Shown here piece by piece: positions 12,083 to 22,973 of a stretch of DNA of 64,000 nt (its first letter is position 1; each line of letters opens with the position of its first letter). The DNA lies in NCBI RefSeq assembly GCF_009914755.1, contig NC_060929.1, one strand, 5' to 3'. Below the pieces are notes generated by a model. That model did not search any database, was not told where the DNA came from, and saw nothing but the letters and a program-made list of their open reading frames with translations. The stretch is from the human T2T-CHM13v2.0 reference genome, Homo sapiens. Both the position numbers and the translations under genes were made by a program.

Positions 12083-14844
12083 CTATGAAAGAAAAGACAG
12101 AAGTCAATGGTTTCTTTGCGTTCAAACTTCTCACTGAGAAAAATAATGAAGACTAAAAAAAAAAAAACACCCACACACAACTATGTTGTTCGACTATTAG
12201 CCACAAATTTGCTCTCATCTTCTCTGGAATGAATTTTCGTTATAAAATATACATGTGCTTTATTAAAAATTATAATAAATCAGCATGGGTATGTGTCTTT
12301 AACAGAACAAAATATCCTAAACATCTCTCCAAATCTGATTTCAATTTTAAGGCATAACTGGAAAGTTGCATAGTTTGAATACCACTGGGAAAGTTGCAGC
12401 TTCGAACCTTGCAAAATAGTGAGAATTTTCACTTTGTCACTCTTTTTTCCCTCCCCTTCACACCCAAAATATAAAGAAGTGGTCCATCCAAACTGCAAGC
12501 AGTTTCTACAAAAAACTTGGCATTCCCTATCCTCTGTATTAGCACAAAAACTAAGCCACAGAGCAGAAATCTTGAGTGCCTTTGCTTAGGTCCTTAAGCT
12601 GGGAGAAGGAAATGCCAGCTACAGCAGGCCTTGTTCACTGGGAACATAAAGTTGGGAGAAAGCATAGCTGGGAGGAGAAGACAGGTTTGCATGAAACTGC
12701 AGAATGTCTTCCATATCACGGCTTCACTCAACGTTTCGGGAATGATCTGACCATATTTCCTAGAAAACTGTAGCCTGGGGAAGCTGGAGTGAGATCCTGG
12801 GAAAAAAGAAGCCTGTTTGAGGTAACCAAAAATTGTTGAAAGCATTCAAAGCTAGGAGGTCGCAGATAGTGGTATTTAGAGAACACAGAATCAGATAGGC
12901 CTGAGTCCCACCTCTGGCTTTTCTGCTGTGAAGCTCAGCTTCTGTAGCTAGAATCACAGCAACACTTAGGGTTATTGGAGAGGTGAATAAAATGACACAT
13001 GCAAAGTGCTTAGCCTGGGTTCAGCTCCTAGTGAGGACCTGATAGACGTTAGCTGCTGGGATTTTTAACCCATCACTTCTGCTACTAAACTAGCTGTGTG
13101 ACCTTGTGTTAATTGCTTAACTTTTCTGAGGTGTATTTGCTCTTATGTCAAATAGGCACCATCCCATGTGGCACACTTTGTGTGATTGCTGGGAAGAATA
13201 AAAGGATAACTAAGAAAATTAAAACAGGGTGGCACCTTTGAAACATGTCAAAGTGAGAGAGATGCTGACATTACAAGCAAGGGGCAGCCGTCTTTGGCTC
13301 CCAATCACGGTTAAGTGTCTTGTCAGGCAGAGAGAGTCATTGCTTTCTTTTTATGGCAAATCTAAACGTAAATTAATTAGTGTTCTTGTCAGTGATGACT
13401 GTGTCTAGGAAGTGGCCCTCTTAGTTTACTATTCTGGAAGAATGTGCCTTTAAAAAAAAAAAAAAAAGCGAACCCCAGTACCACAAATCCTGCAAGTGGA
13501 CACAGGGAGGCCACCCTGGGCTCTTAGCCCCAAGACCCCCACGTTCCTCCGGCTTCCCCACCCCCACCCCTGGTATTTTAGATTCAATTAAAATGAAACC
13601 CAAAAAGTATTTTGCCAAACACTTTTTCCGTTAATTTTTAAACCCATCTGTATTCACAAGGAAATTCAATCCACATGTTTCTGATTCATTTACACGTAAA
13701 TCATCCAAATGTTGTTTTGCAAGAGCCTTTTTGCAGCCCAAAAGCTCCTGGAGTCCTTTCTGTAAGCCCTCATAAGCCTTTTTTTCTTAGAAACAGGAAG
13801 TTGTCTTTTGCCAAACGCAGACCAACTTAAACCCCCAAAGACTTGAGATCAGTTGGAAATGCAGTCCCCCTAAGATTCAAGTGAGCCCTAGGTTTGACTG
13901 AAACCAGGAGCTCAGTATTTCAATCCAAGCCTTAACTGGAGAATTCGAGATGCTATCACTCCAAAGGCAAGGAGGCGCAGGGGAGTCTTTGCTGTGTGAC
14001 AGCCCAGCATGGCTCTGCCTCCCCAAGGATCTTTTCATCTGGGCTGGAGGTGGGTCCAGGCACCTTTATTAAAGACAGCGGGAGTTTTAAGCCTGTGGCA
14101 AAAGGTGCAAGTCTACTTTCGCTTTCCACCAAAATCTATTCTGCGTGCCTGGCATTAAAGAGCAGTTCCCTATAGTATAGTCACACAACTCAGGCAGTAT
14201 CAATATGATTCAAAGCAAAGGAAAAAGCTAATTTGGTTGGTGGGTCCAGCCAACATTTATTAGCTGGTCTGTGAAAACATCCCATTTGAATGGCCAGAAT
14301 TAAAAAAAAAAAAAAATCTAAGCAGGCTTTTGGTACCCAAATAGTGTGTTAGATCAACTAGATTAAGCCTCCACTTAGGGCCACATTAAAAGTTCTAAAG
14401 CAAAGCTAACTGATGTACCAGTTCATAGTTAACAGCGCTTTTTATTTTGGACCATTGGGGCTGCAAACTCCAGCATCCCAAGAGCCCAGGCTGCGAACAG
14501 CAGTGAGTGAATCCCCTGGGTGCGTAAGTGAGGATGGAGGTGATGATGCCAAGGGCATGCCTGGGCAGTGACTCAGCTCCCACCAAATGCCACTGGGCAG
14601 GAATGCCTGCTCACAGCCACTGATCTTCTCAAATGTTTCAAGAGAAGCTAGAGATTTAGACTTTGTTTTTTTAAAAAAAGAAATAGCCAAGTTTATACAT
14701 GATAGCACAAAATTGAAATTAAAAACAAATATATGGGTCTAGGGGGTGGGTTTGGCCCACTCCTACTTTCCTACCTCGCCTTCATCAGCCGACAGACTTC
14801 TCTGAGAGTCTAATGGGAGCTATGGAACCTCTCTTCAAAAGAGG

Positions 14845-15344
14845 TTGTGATGTCTTGGCACACAGTGCTGAGTATCCTCATGGGGAATCTTCATGTACCC
14901 TACTTGGGCAAGACAGCATGCCACAGCATTTCTGGAACATTCTAAGGCCCATGTTGCCTACACCCAGAATTTTGCATGTAATATCAAAGCATTACTGTTC
15001 TCTAAATCCCAATCATGACTTCCTAAACTCCAAGGGCAGAACCCTTGCGGTTGAGTAAATTATGGGAAAAGATCCCTGCCTGTGGCCTCTGAGCCTAGAT
15101 ACCTCCAAAGAGGCCCTTTTAATAGAGAAACTCCACTGCAAAACTGCCTGAAGATCTTGAGTTTTAGGAGTTGTTTTTCTTATATCTGTGCTGCAATCTG
15201 AAGATTATGTGGGTGAGAGGGATGGGTGTCTGGAGCTTGGAATGTTCCAGCAATGCCATTGGCATGCTAACTTGCCCAAGTGGAGTGCATAAAGATTCCC
15301 ATGAGGACACCACCCTCTCAGCACCATGTGCCAAGACATCACAA
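14845..15344. repeat. Inverted repeat, ~100-bp arms (14845-14946 and 15236-15344), ~290-bp spacer
   Basis: Manual alignment gives about 13 substitutions and 3 gaps over ~101 aligned bases. ORFs 14813(+) and 15164(-) share CDVLAH and similar downstream residues for this reason. Confidence 0.9.
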
Positions 15345-15572
15345 GACCATGGTGGCTCTGCCATTTTCCCCAGCAGCTGGATGATCATGTTCTCTGACAG
15401 AAGCTCAGAAAACTATTGCTTTGAGAGGCAATGCATTTTTCATTACCGTTTCCATATTTTTGATAAAAACAAAGACAAAACAAAGTTCTGCAGAGCTGGG
15501 AGGGTTTGGAGTGAGAGGGTGGAATGTGGTCGTACCCAAACCACCACATGTGTAAGAATTATGAGCTAATCA

Positions 15573-15681
15573 CTCAGGAGGCTGAGGCAGGAGAATGGCA
15601 TGAACCTGGGAGGCAGAGCTTGCAGTGAGCCGAGATCGCGCCACTGCACTCCAGCCTGGGCTACAGAGGGAGACTCCTTCT

Positions 15682-15712
<31 letters not shown>
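15573..15712 (+). mobile_element. 5'-truncated AluY (right arm only)
   Basis: GAGAATGGCATGAACC...GAGCTTGCAGTGAGCCGAGATCGCGCC, a pure A32 run, and a perfect 19-bp TSD AAGAATTATGAGCTAATCA (15554-15572, 15713-15731). Confidence 0.93.
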
Positions 15713-15716
<4 letters not shown>

Positions 15717-17928
15717 ATTATGAGCTAATCAGGAACAGGGGGGTAAGTGAGTGGGTAAATCTTGCACCGACTGAATATGTGCATGGAAAAAATGACGATT
15801 CCATAGGATTTGGTCCTGGGCTGCATGATATCTAGGGTTGAGAAGAGCCAGCCTGAGCTTCAGCAAGGTGGAAAAGAAAAAACATCAGTATATGGATACT
15901 ACTTTTGTGAAATTACTCTGGCCTTTTTGTTTTTAATTTTTCATGCGTAGACTGTCCAGGACATGGCTAAGGTTTAGAATCACTACATCAGCGGGGGTTC
16001 CAATGGCATGTAACAGCCTTCTTGGGGATGCCTCTGTCTTGAATAAATGAAGTCCTCTGAGGCCTAAATTGCCTGAAACCCAAGCTCTAAGCAGCATAAG
16101 CTTCAGGAGAAAGGAGAGGACATCTCCATGGACAAAGACTGAGCATAGTTGGTGACTCAAGTCTTTGGCTCTGGAAAACAGACACAGTTAGGTAGTCTGG
16201 GACCAGGATTTATCAATTACTTCACCTGCATAAGAATAGAAAGAGGTATCTCTGCATTTTTCTCTTTAAATCCAAAATATAGTTGCATTTTCCAAAGTTT
16301 TTCATATGACATTAAGTGTTCTTAACATGCAGAAAAGGACTCTGTAGGCAAACAAGTTTGCCAAACTAAATGAAATAGTCATTTTTATTTAACTGCAGGA
16401 TGCCCCAGAGACTTTAATTGTGGATCTCCAAGATAGTGATCCAGGGAGCACCACATTCTAAATGTTTTTGACTACCATATTTTTATTTTTTAACAGGACA
16501 TTTTGTGAGGCTCCAGAAGTTGAGACTAGAGTTGCTTTTTCAAAAAAAAAAAAAAAAAACCCTCAGATATATGGTAACTTTTCAAACGTTTTATCTACCT
16601 GGGAGACAAAGCCAGCTGGAATCATGATAGAATCTGTGAATCCTACTGGTCACCGCATGTTATCCAGGACATGTCTGTCTCTGCTTCTTGGCTAAGGTTG
16701 TCCTCAGTCTTTCTGCTGAAAGTGCCCCTTGCCCCCATCTCCCTGGCCCTGAATCCCACTTGTTCCTCCTTGAGCCTGTTCTGAATTCTCCTTCATCTTT
16801 CCTTCCTCTGTACTTCCACAGCTGGGTGCCCAGCCTTTCCCAGACAGATCTTCCTTATTTACTTTGGTGTCATGTCTCCCCTAATACAGGGAAAGATTTT
16901 GAGGGCAGGATTTTGTAGCCCTCTTGTGCCTAACCTAGTGACTTGAATATAGAAATGTAATATAGCATAGGGGCTTAACATAGTCCAGTCAATCTGTCTG
17001 GGCTTAAAGCCCAGGCTTCCTTGTTTGCTAGTTGTGTAAATGGGGACAAGCCACCTTAGCTTCAGTCTCAGTTTCTGCATCTGTATAACAGGGACAACAG
17101 ACAAGCTACCTTAAGGGTGGTTGGGAGCCAGGCTGGGAATAAGCCCTCCTAGTCAGTGGCTGTGTTCACCATTATCACCACCATGTGACATGGCCGTGCT
17201 TAGTTCTTGGGGAATAAATATGCGTGTAGTAACCGGAGGAGACTAAGGGAGTGCTGCTGGGGAAGAGGTCTTTTAGGAGTCGGCTTTAAAAAACAGAACC
17301 ATGCACAGTTAACAGAGTGGTAGTTGGAGGTAAATAGGCCTTGAAAACACTTAAATGGCCTAAATGTGGCACCTCTAATCTTGTTGACATGGGCAATTTG
17401 CTTAACCAAGTCTTCCTAGTCACTTAACCTGTCTTAATGATCACAATTCTGAACTAGGTGGGTCCCAATGAAGTAGGTGCTACTGTAACATTGAAAAGGA
17501 AAAACGTGGAATAGAACACTTCAGGGATCCTTACACCAATTCCATAACCTGCCTTCATCCTTTTTTTCTTTTTTTTTTTTATGGTAGAAATAGTTTGGAA
17601 AGTTAAAGATGAAGTAATTCTCTGAATGTCACCTTTCTCAGGGAAAACTTTTGTGGCTCAAGCAAGAGTGCCCTGAAAAACTGGTGCCCACCTAAGGCTG
17701 GGTCCTCTTTGCCCTGCTGGAGATTGTGTGCAGAGGCTAAAGAGGCAAGTCCCAGAGTGTGGGCCCCACCTGCCAGCACAGCACCTGGGGGTGCAGTGGG
17801 CAGAAAGAAGAGCTTAAAGTGAGATGTTTACATTAATTTGACTTTAATTTCTCCATCCGTATGTCCATCACTGACATCTCAAAAGTAGGGATATTTGGTA
17901 TATGACAGTACGAGCAAACCAAAAACCA

Positions 17929-18219
17929 TTTTCTTTCTTTCTGTCTTTCTTTTTGAAATAGTCTTGCTCTGGAGTGCAGTGGCACGATCTCAGCTCACTG
18001 CAACCTGTCTCCCAGGTTCAAGTGATTCTCCTCCCTCAGTCATCCTAGTAGCTAGAACTACAGGCTGCACCACCAGGCCCGGCTAATTTTTGTATTTTTA
18101 GTAGAGACGAGGTTTCACCATGTTGGCCAGGCTGGTCTCAAAGACCTGACCTCAGGTGATCCACCTGCCTCAGCCTCCCAAAGTGCTGAGACTACAGGTG
18201 TGAACCACCACGCCCAGTC
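17929..18219 (-). mobile_element. AluS (Sx-like)
   Basis: Antisense dimeric Alu with GACCTCAGGTGATCCACC and small internal deletions. Confidence 0.9.
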
Positions 18220-19299
18220 CATTCTTTTTATAGTTGTTTTATCATGCTCAATAGTCAGGGCATGGGATAGGGGAAAATCCAAAAAAGTCTCCTTGACATT
18301 TGTTCAATCAGAAGGAAAGGGCAGTGTCATCCACAACAGTGAATCCAGCACAAGGTGTGTCCCTGAATCAGACCTCAAACCTCCCACACTGTGGCCCTGT
18401 GTTAGGAAAGGTGACAGAGAGGCACAGACTCAGCAGTTATTCAGAGAAATGGGGACAGTCTCTGTACTTTTGGGATCTGTAATTGGGTAAGAATTGAGTT
18501 GGAAAATCCCTGGGAGGACAAATGCACAAACTTTGTATATATCCCTGTCCTGAAGCCATTTCATCATGACTTAAACAGGCACATACCCTCATCCAGATCC
18601 TGGCTTTCAGTTGATAACCAGATCTCCTGAAACCCAGGAAGTCATAAGATCTGAGCCCAGCCCCTGTTTCCAACCACTTCCTGCTCCTTCCTAGGACCAC
18701 AGGGCATGAGAAGACATCGGGCCTCCTGGGAGCTGCCCACTTCTGTCACTGTTGGCCTATGATAGAGCCACTGACCTTCCAATAGTGGGGGCCTTTTCTT
18801 CTCCAGTGCTTCCCGTCAACTGCTGATTATAAACCCCATCATATCTTGTTTCTGATGTCAAATCTATGTTTAGCAAGGGCTGAGATTGGCAGCTCAAGAA
18901 TGGTAAATTTCTGCTTTCCATATGTATGATCATTATTTAAACCTATTATAAGTTATATTCGCTCAAGCATTATATCCCTAGTTTGCCAGCTGGAGGTGTA
19001 CTGAGGGTGACAAAGCATTATTTTTAGCTGAAAGAGAATGAGATTTGCAGGAATGGGTGGCTCTACTTTGTGGAGGTGGGCATTTTCTATCATGAGTAAT
19101 ATTGCCTGAAATGCAGTTGCACAGGCACGCTTTTTTTTTTTTTTTCCTCTTTCCTCTAAGAAGATGGATTTGCCACTGTATGTTAGAGTGGGGAAGAGCG
19201 GCGTGCTCTGTGGGGCGCTGAGTCTGGGCTGTGCTGGGCAGATTTGCAAGCAAGGTTCTGAGGAGTATTTTGAAGAGTCCTCCTGGAGGCAGAAAGACA

Positions 19300-20180
19300 A
19301 CGTGATCGGGTGCTCAGGCTCTGGGGTCACATGGCTTGTGTTCCAGTTTAGCTGTACTATTTATTAGCCATGTGACCTGGATCAAATTAAGCCTCAAGTT
19401 TCCCATCTGTATAATGGGACTAGTGCTGACATCATACGGTCTTCAGGAGAATCACTATATGCTCATCACAGTGTAAAGCATCCAGCACACAGTATGTGTA
19501 GACAAGTAGAAATATGCATGTACTTGTACATAAGAAACAGGGCTGAGATATCCCAGACATGTGCACTGCCTTCCTCACCCCTCCCTGACTTCCAGGCTGA
19601 CCTCTATCAGTGAGATGCCAGCCACCAAGGGAAGACACTGTGGGAAACTTTGTATGGCTGGGCTTAAGGGCACAGACTCTGATGGGGCTTACATTCATCT
19701 CCACCGTTTAACCGACTATGTCTGTGGTCAGGTATTTACCCTCTTTAAGCTTCCATTTTATCATTTGCACAATGAAGACCATAATGGCCCTCATACTTTA
19801 GGAAGATGTGAGGATTAAATGGTATAAAATCTGCTCCATGCATAGGACAGCCCCAGGTACACTGTTCAGTGCTCAATAAATGGTGGTTGACTAGTTTACT
19901 AATCTTATCTCCCTACCAGCTGCCTTAGGAACCCTGGCTATGTCTCTTTTAGCACCTCTGAATAATAAAGTATTTAGGAGATGAATGTTTCAGTCTGAAT
20001 TTGAAGCCAGCTTCTGCCATGTATCAGCTGTTAAAAGTCAGGCAATTTCATAACCTCTCTAACCTTTAGTTTTCTCATCTGTCAAATAGCAGATATGAGT
20101 ACCTACCACACAATCCTGCTGGGGGCAATGAATGAGGTTGTGCAGGTCTCAACATATGACACACAACAGAGTGCTAAGCT
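19300..20180 (+). mobile_element. Cluster of three MIR fragments (~19300-19500, 19660-19890, 19990-20180)
   Basis: MIR core motifs tgtgacctgg...cctcaagtttcccatctgtataatggg, gtgaggattaaatg...gtgctcaataaat and agttttctcatctgtcaaat. Confidence 0.7.
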
Positions 20181-20506
20181 CATAAGAAAAATGTAAGAAA
20201 TGGTGTGCTCAGTTTTAAAAGGTGGGTAACCTTTTATTCTTAATGAAAAGGTCATCTCAACTCTTAGCAACTATTTTATTTTCCAAATGCAATGGTGGGA
20301 AAGCGATTGAACAATTTTAATATGAATCAGAATACTCTAGTGGTGTTCTGGGGTTTCTTAATCCCAGTAGGAAGTCTTTGGCCTTTGGTCTATGATGATC
20401 TAACTTCAGGGCTCTGATCAAGTTATGGCTCACCCCCTCCCTGTTATCAGCCCCACACACGTTCACTCTGACACAGGCAACAGGAAGGGAAGGTTGAGTG
20501 ACCTAC

Positions 20507-20575
20507 TTCAGGAGAAGGCCAGTCCCGGGAGAGACCCTGCACTGGAGAACTTGCTAGAGTCCACAAAAGACTGAT
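20507..20575 (-). CDS. EBF1: Putative alternative EBF1 exon (69 nt) encoding alternative C-terminus (D)QSFVDSSKFSSAGSLPGLAFS*
   Basis: Branch-point-like TACTGACTAAC (20627-20637), a long pyrimidine tract, the acceptor ttatcag|, an open frame in the phase left by the upstream exon, TGA at 20508-20510, then the donor A|gtaggt. Confidence 0.75.
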
Positions 20576-20917
20576 CTGATAATGGCGACCACAAGGAGTG
20601 AAAGAGGAGAAAAGAGAAATGATGCTGTTAGTCAGTAGAAACAGTATTCCCAAGCAAATCCCGGGCCTGAGCAGAATTGCTGAAGTTGGAAAGAGGACTT
20701 CTTGAGCACCTCCAGCAGAGGAGAGATGAGTATGGCCAAGGGCCAAGGGCCAGGGTTGAGGAGAGCAAATACAAAGGAACAGAAGAGATGAGGGCAGAGA
20801 GAATCAGGCAGGGCCCAAGGCTGATACCCTCAGCAATGGTGATGCATCTGCTTCAGGCCCTGGGAGGGTGAAGTCAGGGCATTGAATCTGGATTGGCAGG
20901 TGGGGCCTGGGGCTTAC

Positions 20918-21112
20918 CTTGCAGGCTGTTCCCGTTGGTGCTGGTGCAGGTGGGAGGTGGGGAGGTCTGGGGTCTGACGACTGGTGCGAAAGCACTCTTC
21001 TGTTTCACGGCTGAGACCATGTTGGCTGGTGAGAAGGAGAAGATGCCCGAGGAGCTGCTGCAGTTGGAGGGGAGGCTTGTGGAGGAGGCCATGGTGGGGC
21101 TGGATGGCACTA
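20918..21112 (-). CDS. EBF1: EBF1 penultimate canonical coding exon (195 nt): (I)[64 protein letters not shown]
   Basis: gcccctctcag|TA GTG CCA...CTG CAA G|gtaagc. Contains the COE C-terminal motif [12 protein letters not shown]. Phase 1/1. Confidence 0.97.
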
Positions 21113-21369
21113 CTGAGAGGGGCAATGAGAAAGGAGAAATCAGTGCCTTTCATGGCATCCTGAAGCAAAGAAGCTCAGATCCATCCCTCACCCAGCCACC
21201 TTGCTCTGCCCTGCTCAGACGATGCTTCCAGCACAAACCTTCCCTGAATTCGCAGGCTCTCATCCACTTTCACTATACAGAACTTAGCACGTGCTACCTT
21301 TCATTACTGGAGATCTTTTATGTGTTTATTGTGGGGCCACTGTGTGCCAGGCAGTGTGCTAGGCACTAG

Positions 21370-22634
21370 GGTCATCAGCAGCAATTGTCATTAAGGGAAA
21401 ATGACCCCTGGTCATCAGCCCAAGGCACTAACCAATCCAAATGCACCGAGTGCCTTTATGGGGCAGAACACAGAGCCACCATCCTCAGAGTATTCCAGGC
21501 CAGGAAACAAAAGTGCAACACCCTCTTATGAGGGATAGAGTAGCACAAAACAGTGAGAAAGGTGAACATAGCCATCTCAGTGGAGGCAGGGAAGGGAAAT
21601 CAGAGAAGACTTCATAGAAGAGGTATCAGGGGATGCATCCCAGGTAGAGCCTAAACTAAAGTTCTAGGAAAGAGGCTGGGGTAGGGGGAACAGGAAGAAG
21701 CCAGCTTGAGAGGATGGCCACCAGACTGCCACATGCAGCATTTGTGAAAAATGCAGAACTCTACAAGTTCCAAATTCTTTATAACCGCCATGGGATATAC
21801 ATGAATGTTTGGGAATTAATAAGCAGTAGGATCAGAGCCTTACATAAATACTCACAGTTTGGTAGTAGTAGGGATGCAGATAACCAATGATGGGAAAACT
21901 CTGGCAACTCAGAGAAAACCTAGCAGCTTGGGGATATGAAAGAGCTCGGTAGACGTACATTCTCTACCGACCATGATCCTCTTGGCCTGGCCTCTCATCT
22001 TTTGTTCCAGGTTAATAATCTCTCGGTTACTTTAGGAGACAGAGATTTCACATACGCTAAGTCAAGACTAATATTTTCATACACTCGCTTTCTATTTCCT
22101 CCATTTCCTGCAGGAAAGTATGTATCCTAGATATTTCTTCTATGTTATTATTTTTTCACACAACTTAATAAAACATCAGATATTGTTTTATCATTCACAA
22201 GAATCTTCACGTCTTTTTCATCTTGTCATGGGCAATGCAACCTTAAGTCGGGGCCTATCACATATATTTTTTTTTTTTTACAACCGAGGAAGTGAAGCAA
22301 GCTGGGACTCAGAAAGTAGTGTAGCAGCTAGCCCAAGGGCCATAGCTAGAATGCGCTGAAGCAAGGAATCACGCCCAAATTTGGAGCTCTTTCTGCTAAG
22401 CTACCCTGCAAAGGAAACAGATCTCCAGGGGGAAAAGCCTCGTTCCCATGAGCCCACCAGAGTCAAAGGAGCTGTTTGGGTGGCCTTATCCTTTGCAAAG
22501 TGGGAATCCAATTGGTCATAGGCAACAATTGCCATCAGGGGAAAATGACCCCTTCTAATCAGTCCAAGGCACTACCCAATCCACACGCACTGAGTGCTTT
22601 ATGGGGCAGAATGCAGAGCCACCATCCTCAGAGT
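21370..22634. repeat. Dispersed direct repeat, ~120 bp (21370-21491 and 22514-22634)
   Basis: Manual alignment gives about 16 substitutions and 1 gap. Shared blocks include GGGAAAATGACCCCT, CCAAGGCACTA, TTTATGGGGCAGAA and CAGAGCCACCATCCTCAGAGT. Confidence 0.92.
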
Positions 22635-22973
22635 TTTCACAAACATTTTCTAAACTGTACTTTTTCTTTTAATGAGGCCAGCATTTTTATACATCTCTTA
22701 GGATTTGTAACTGTGAAAATACGCTCAATAATAACACCCATTTAAATTGCAAAACTCCTGCACTGGAGGTTTGATTTTTAAATATTCGTAGACTTGAAAT
22801 CCTGCTGGTTCACTGAGGAAGGCAATTAATCTCATTGGCAAATGTGATCATTATGTGTATTTAGAGGTGGGGAGTTTTGGGGTGGGGGGCCAGTTAACAG
22901 AGGTAGAGGTAAAATATAGTCAAGCAGCTCCATTTGTTATAACATTATTAGTTATCAGCCACCACACCAGAAA

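Noticed and set aside
14845-14946. Possible C/D-box snoRNA (GTGATGT...CTGA) in the inverted-repeat arm
   Set aside because: The C box is imperfect, there is no terminal D box or stem at the expected distance, and I recognised no rRNA complementarity.
15259-15278. p53 response element-like GGCATGCTAACTTGCCC
   Set aside because: The two CWWG cores are separated by 4 nt rather than the required 6.
14813-15388. Two similar ORFs on opposite strands (CDVLAH...) resembling a paralogous gene pair
   Set aside because: The similarity comes from the DNA inverted repeat. Indels break the shared frame and there are no splice or promoter signals.
20874-20917. In-frame read-through past the 20918 donor ([14 protein letters not shown])
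   Set aside because: The donor AAG|gtaagc is strong and no nearby poly(A) signal was noticed. A short open stretch is expected by chance.
20893-21369. Longest ORF in the track (158 aa, plus strand)
   Set aside because: It is the antisense shadow of the GC-rich EBF1 exon 20918-21112 running into L2 sequence, with no ATG start or independent coding signal.
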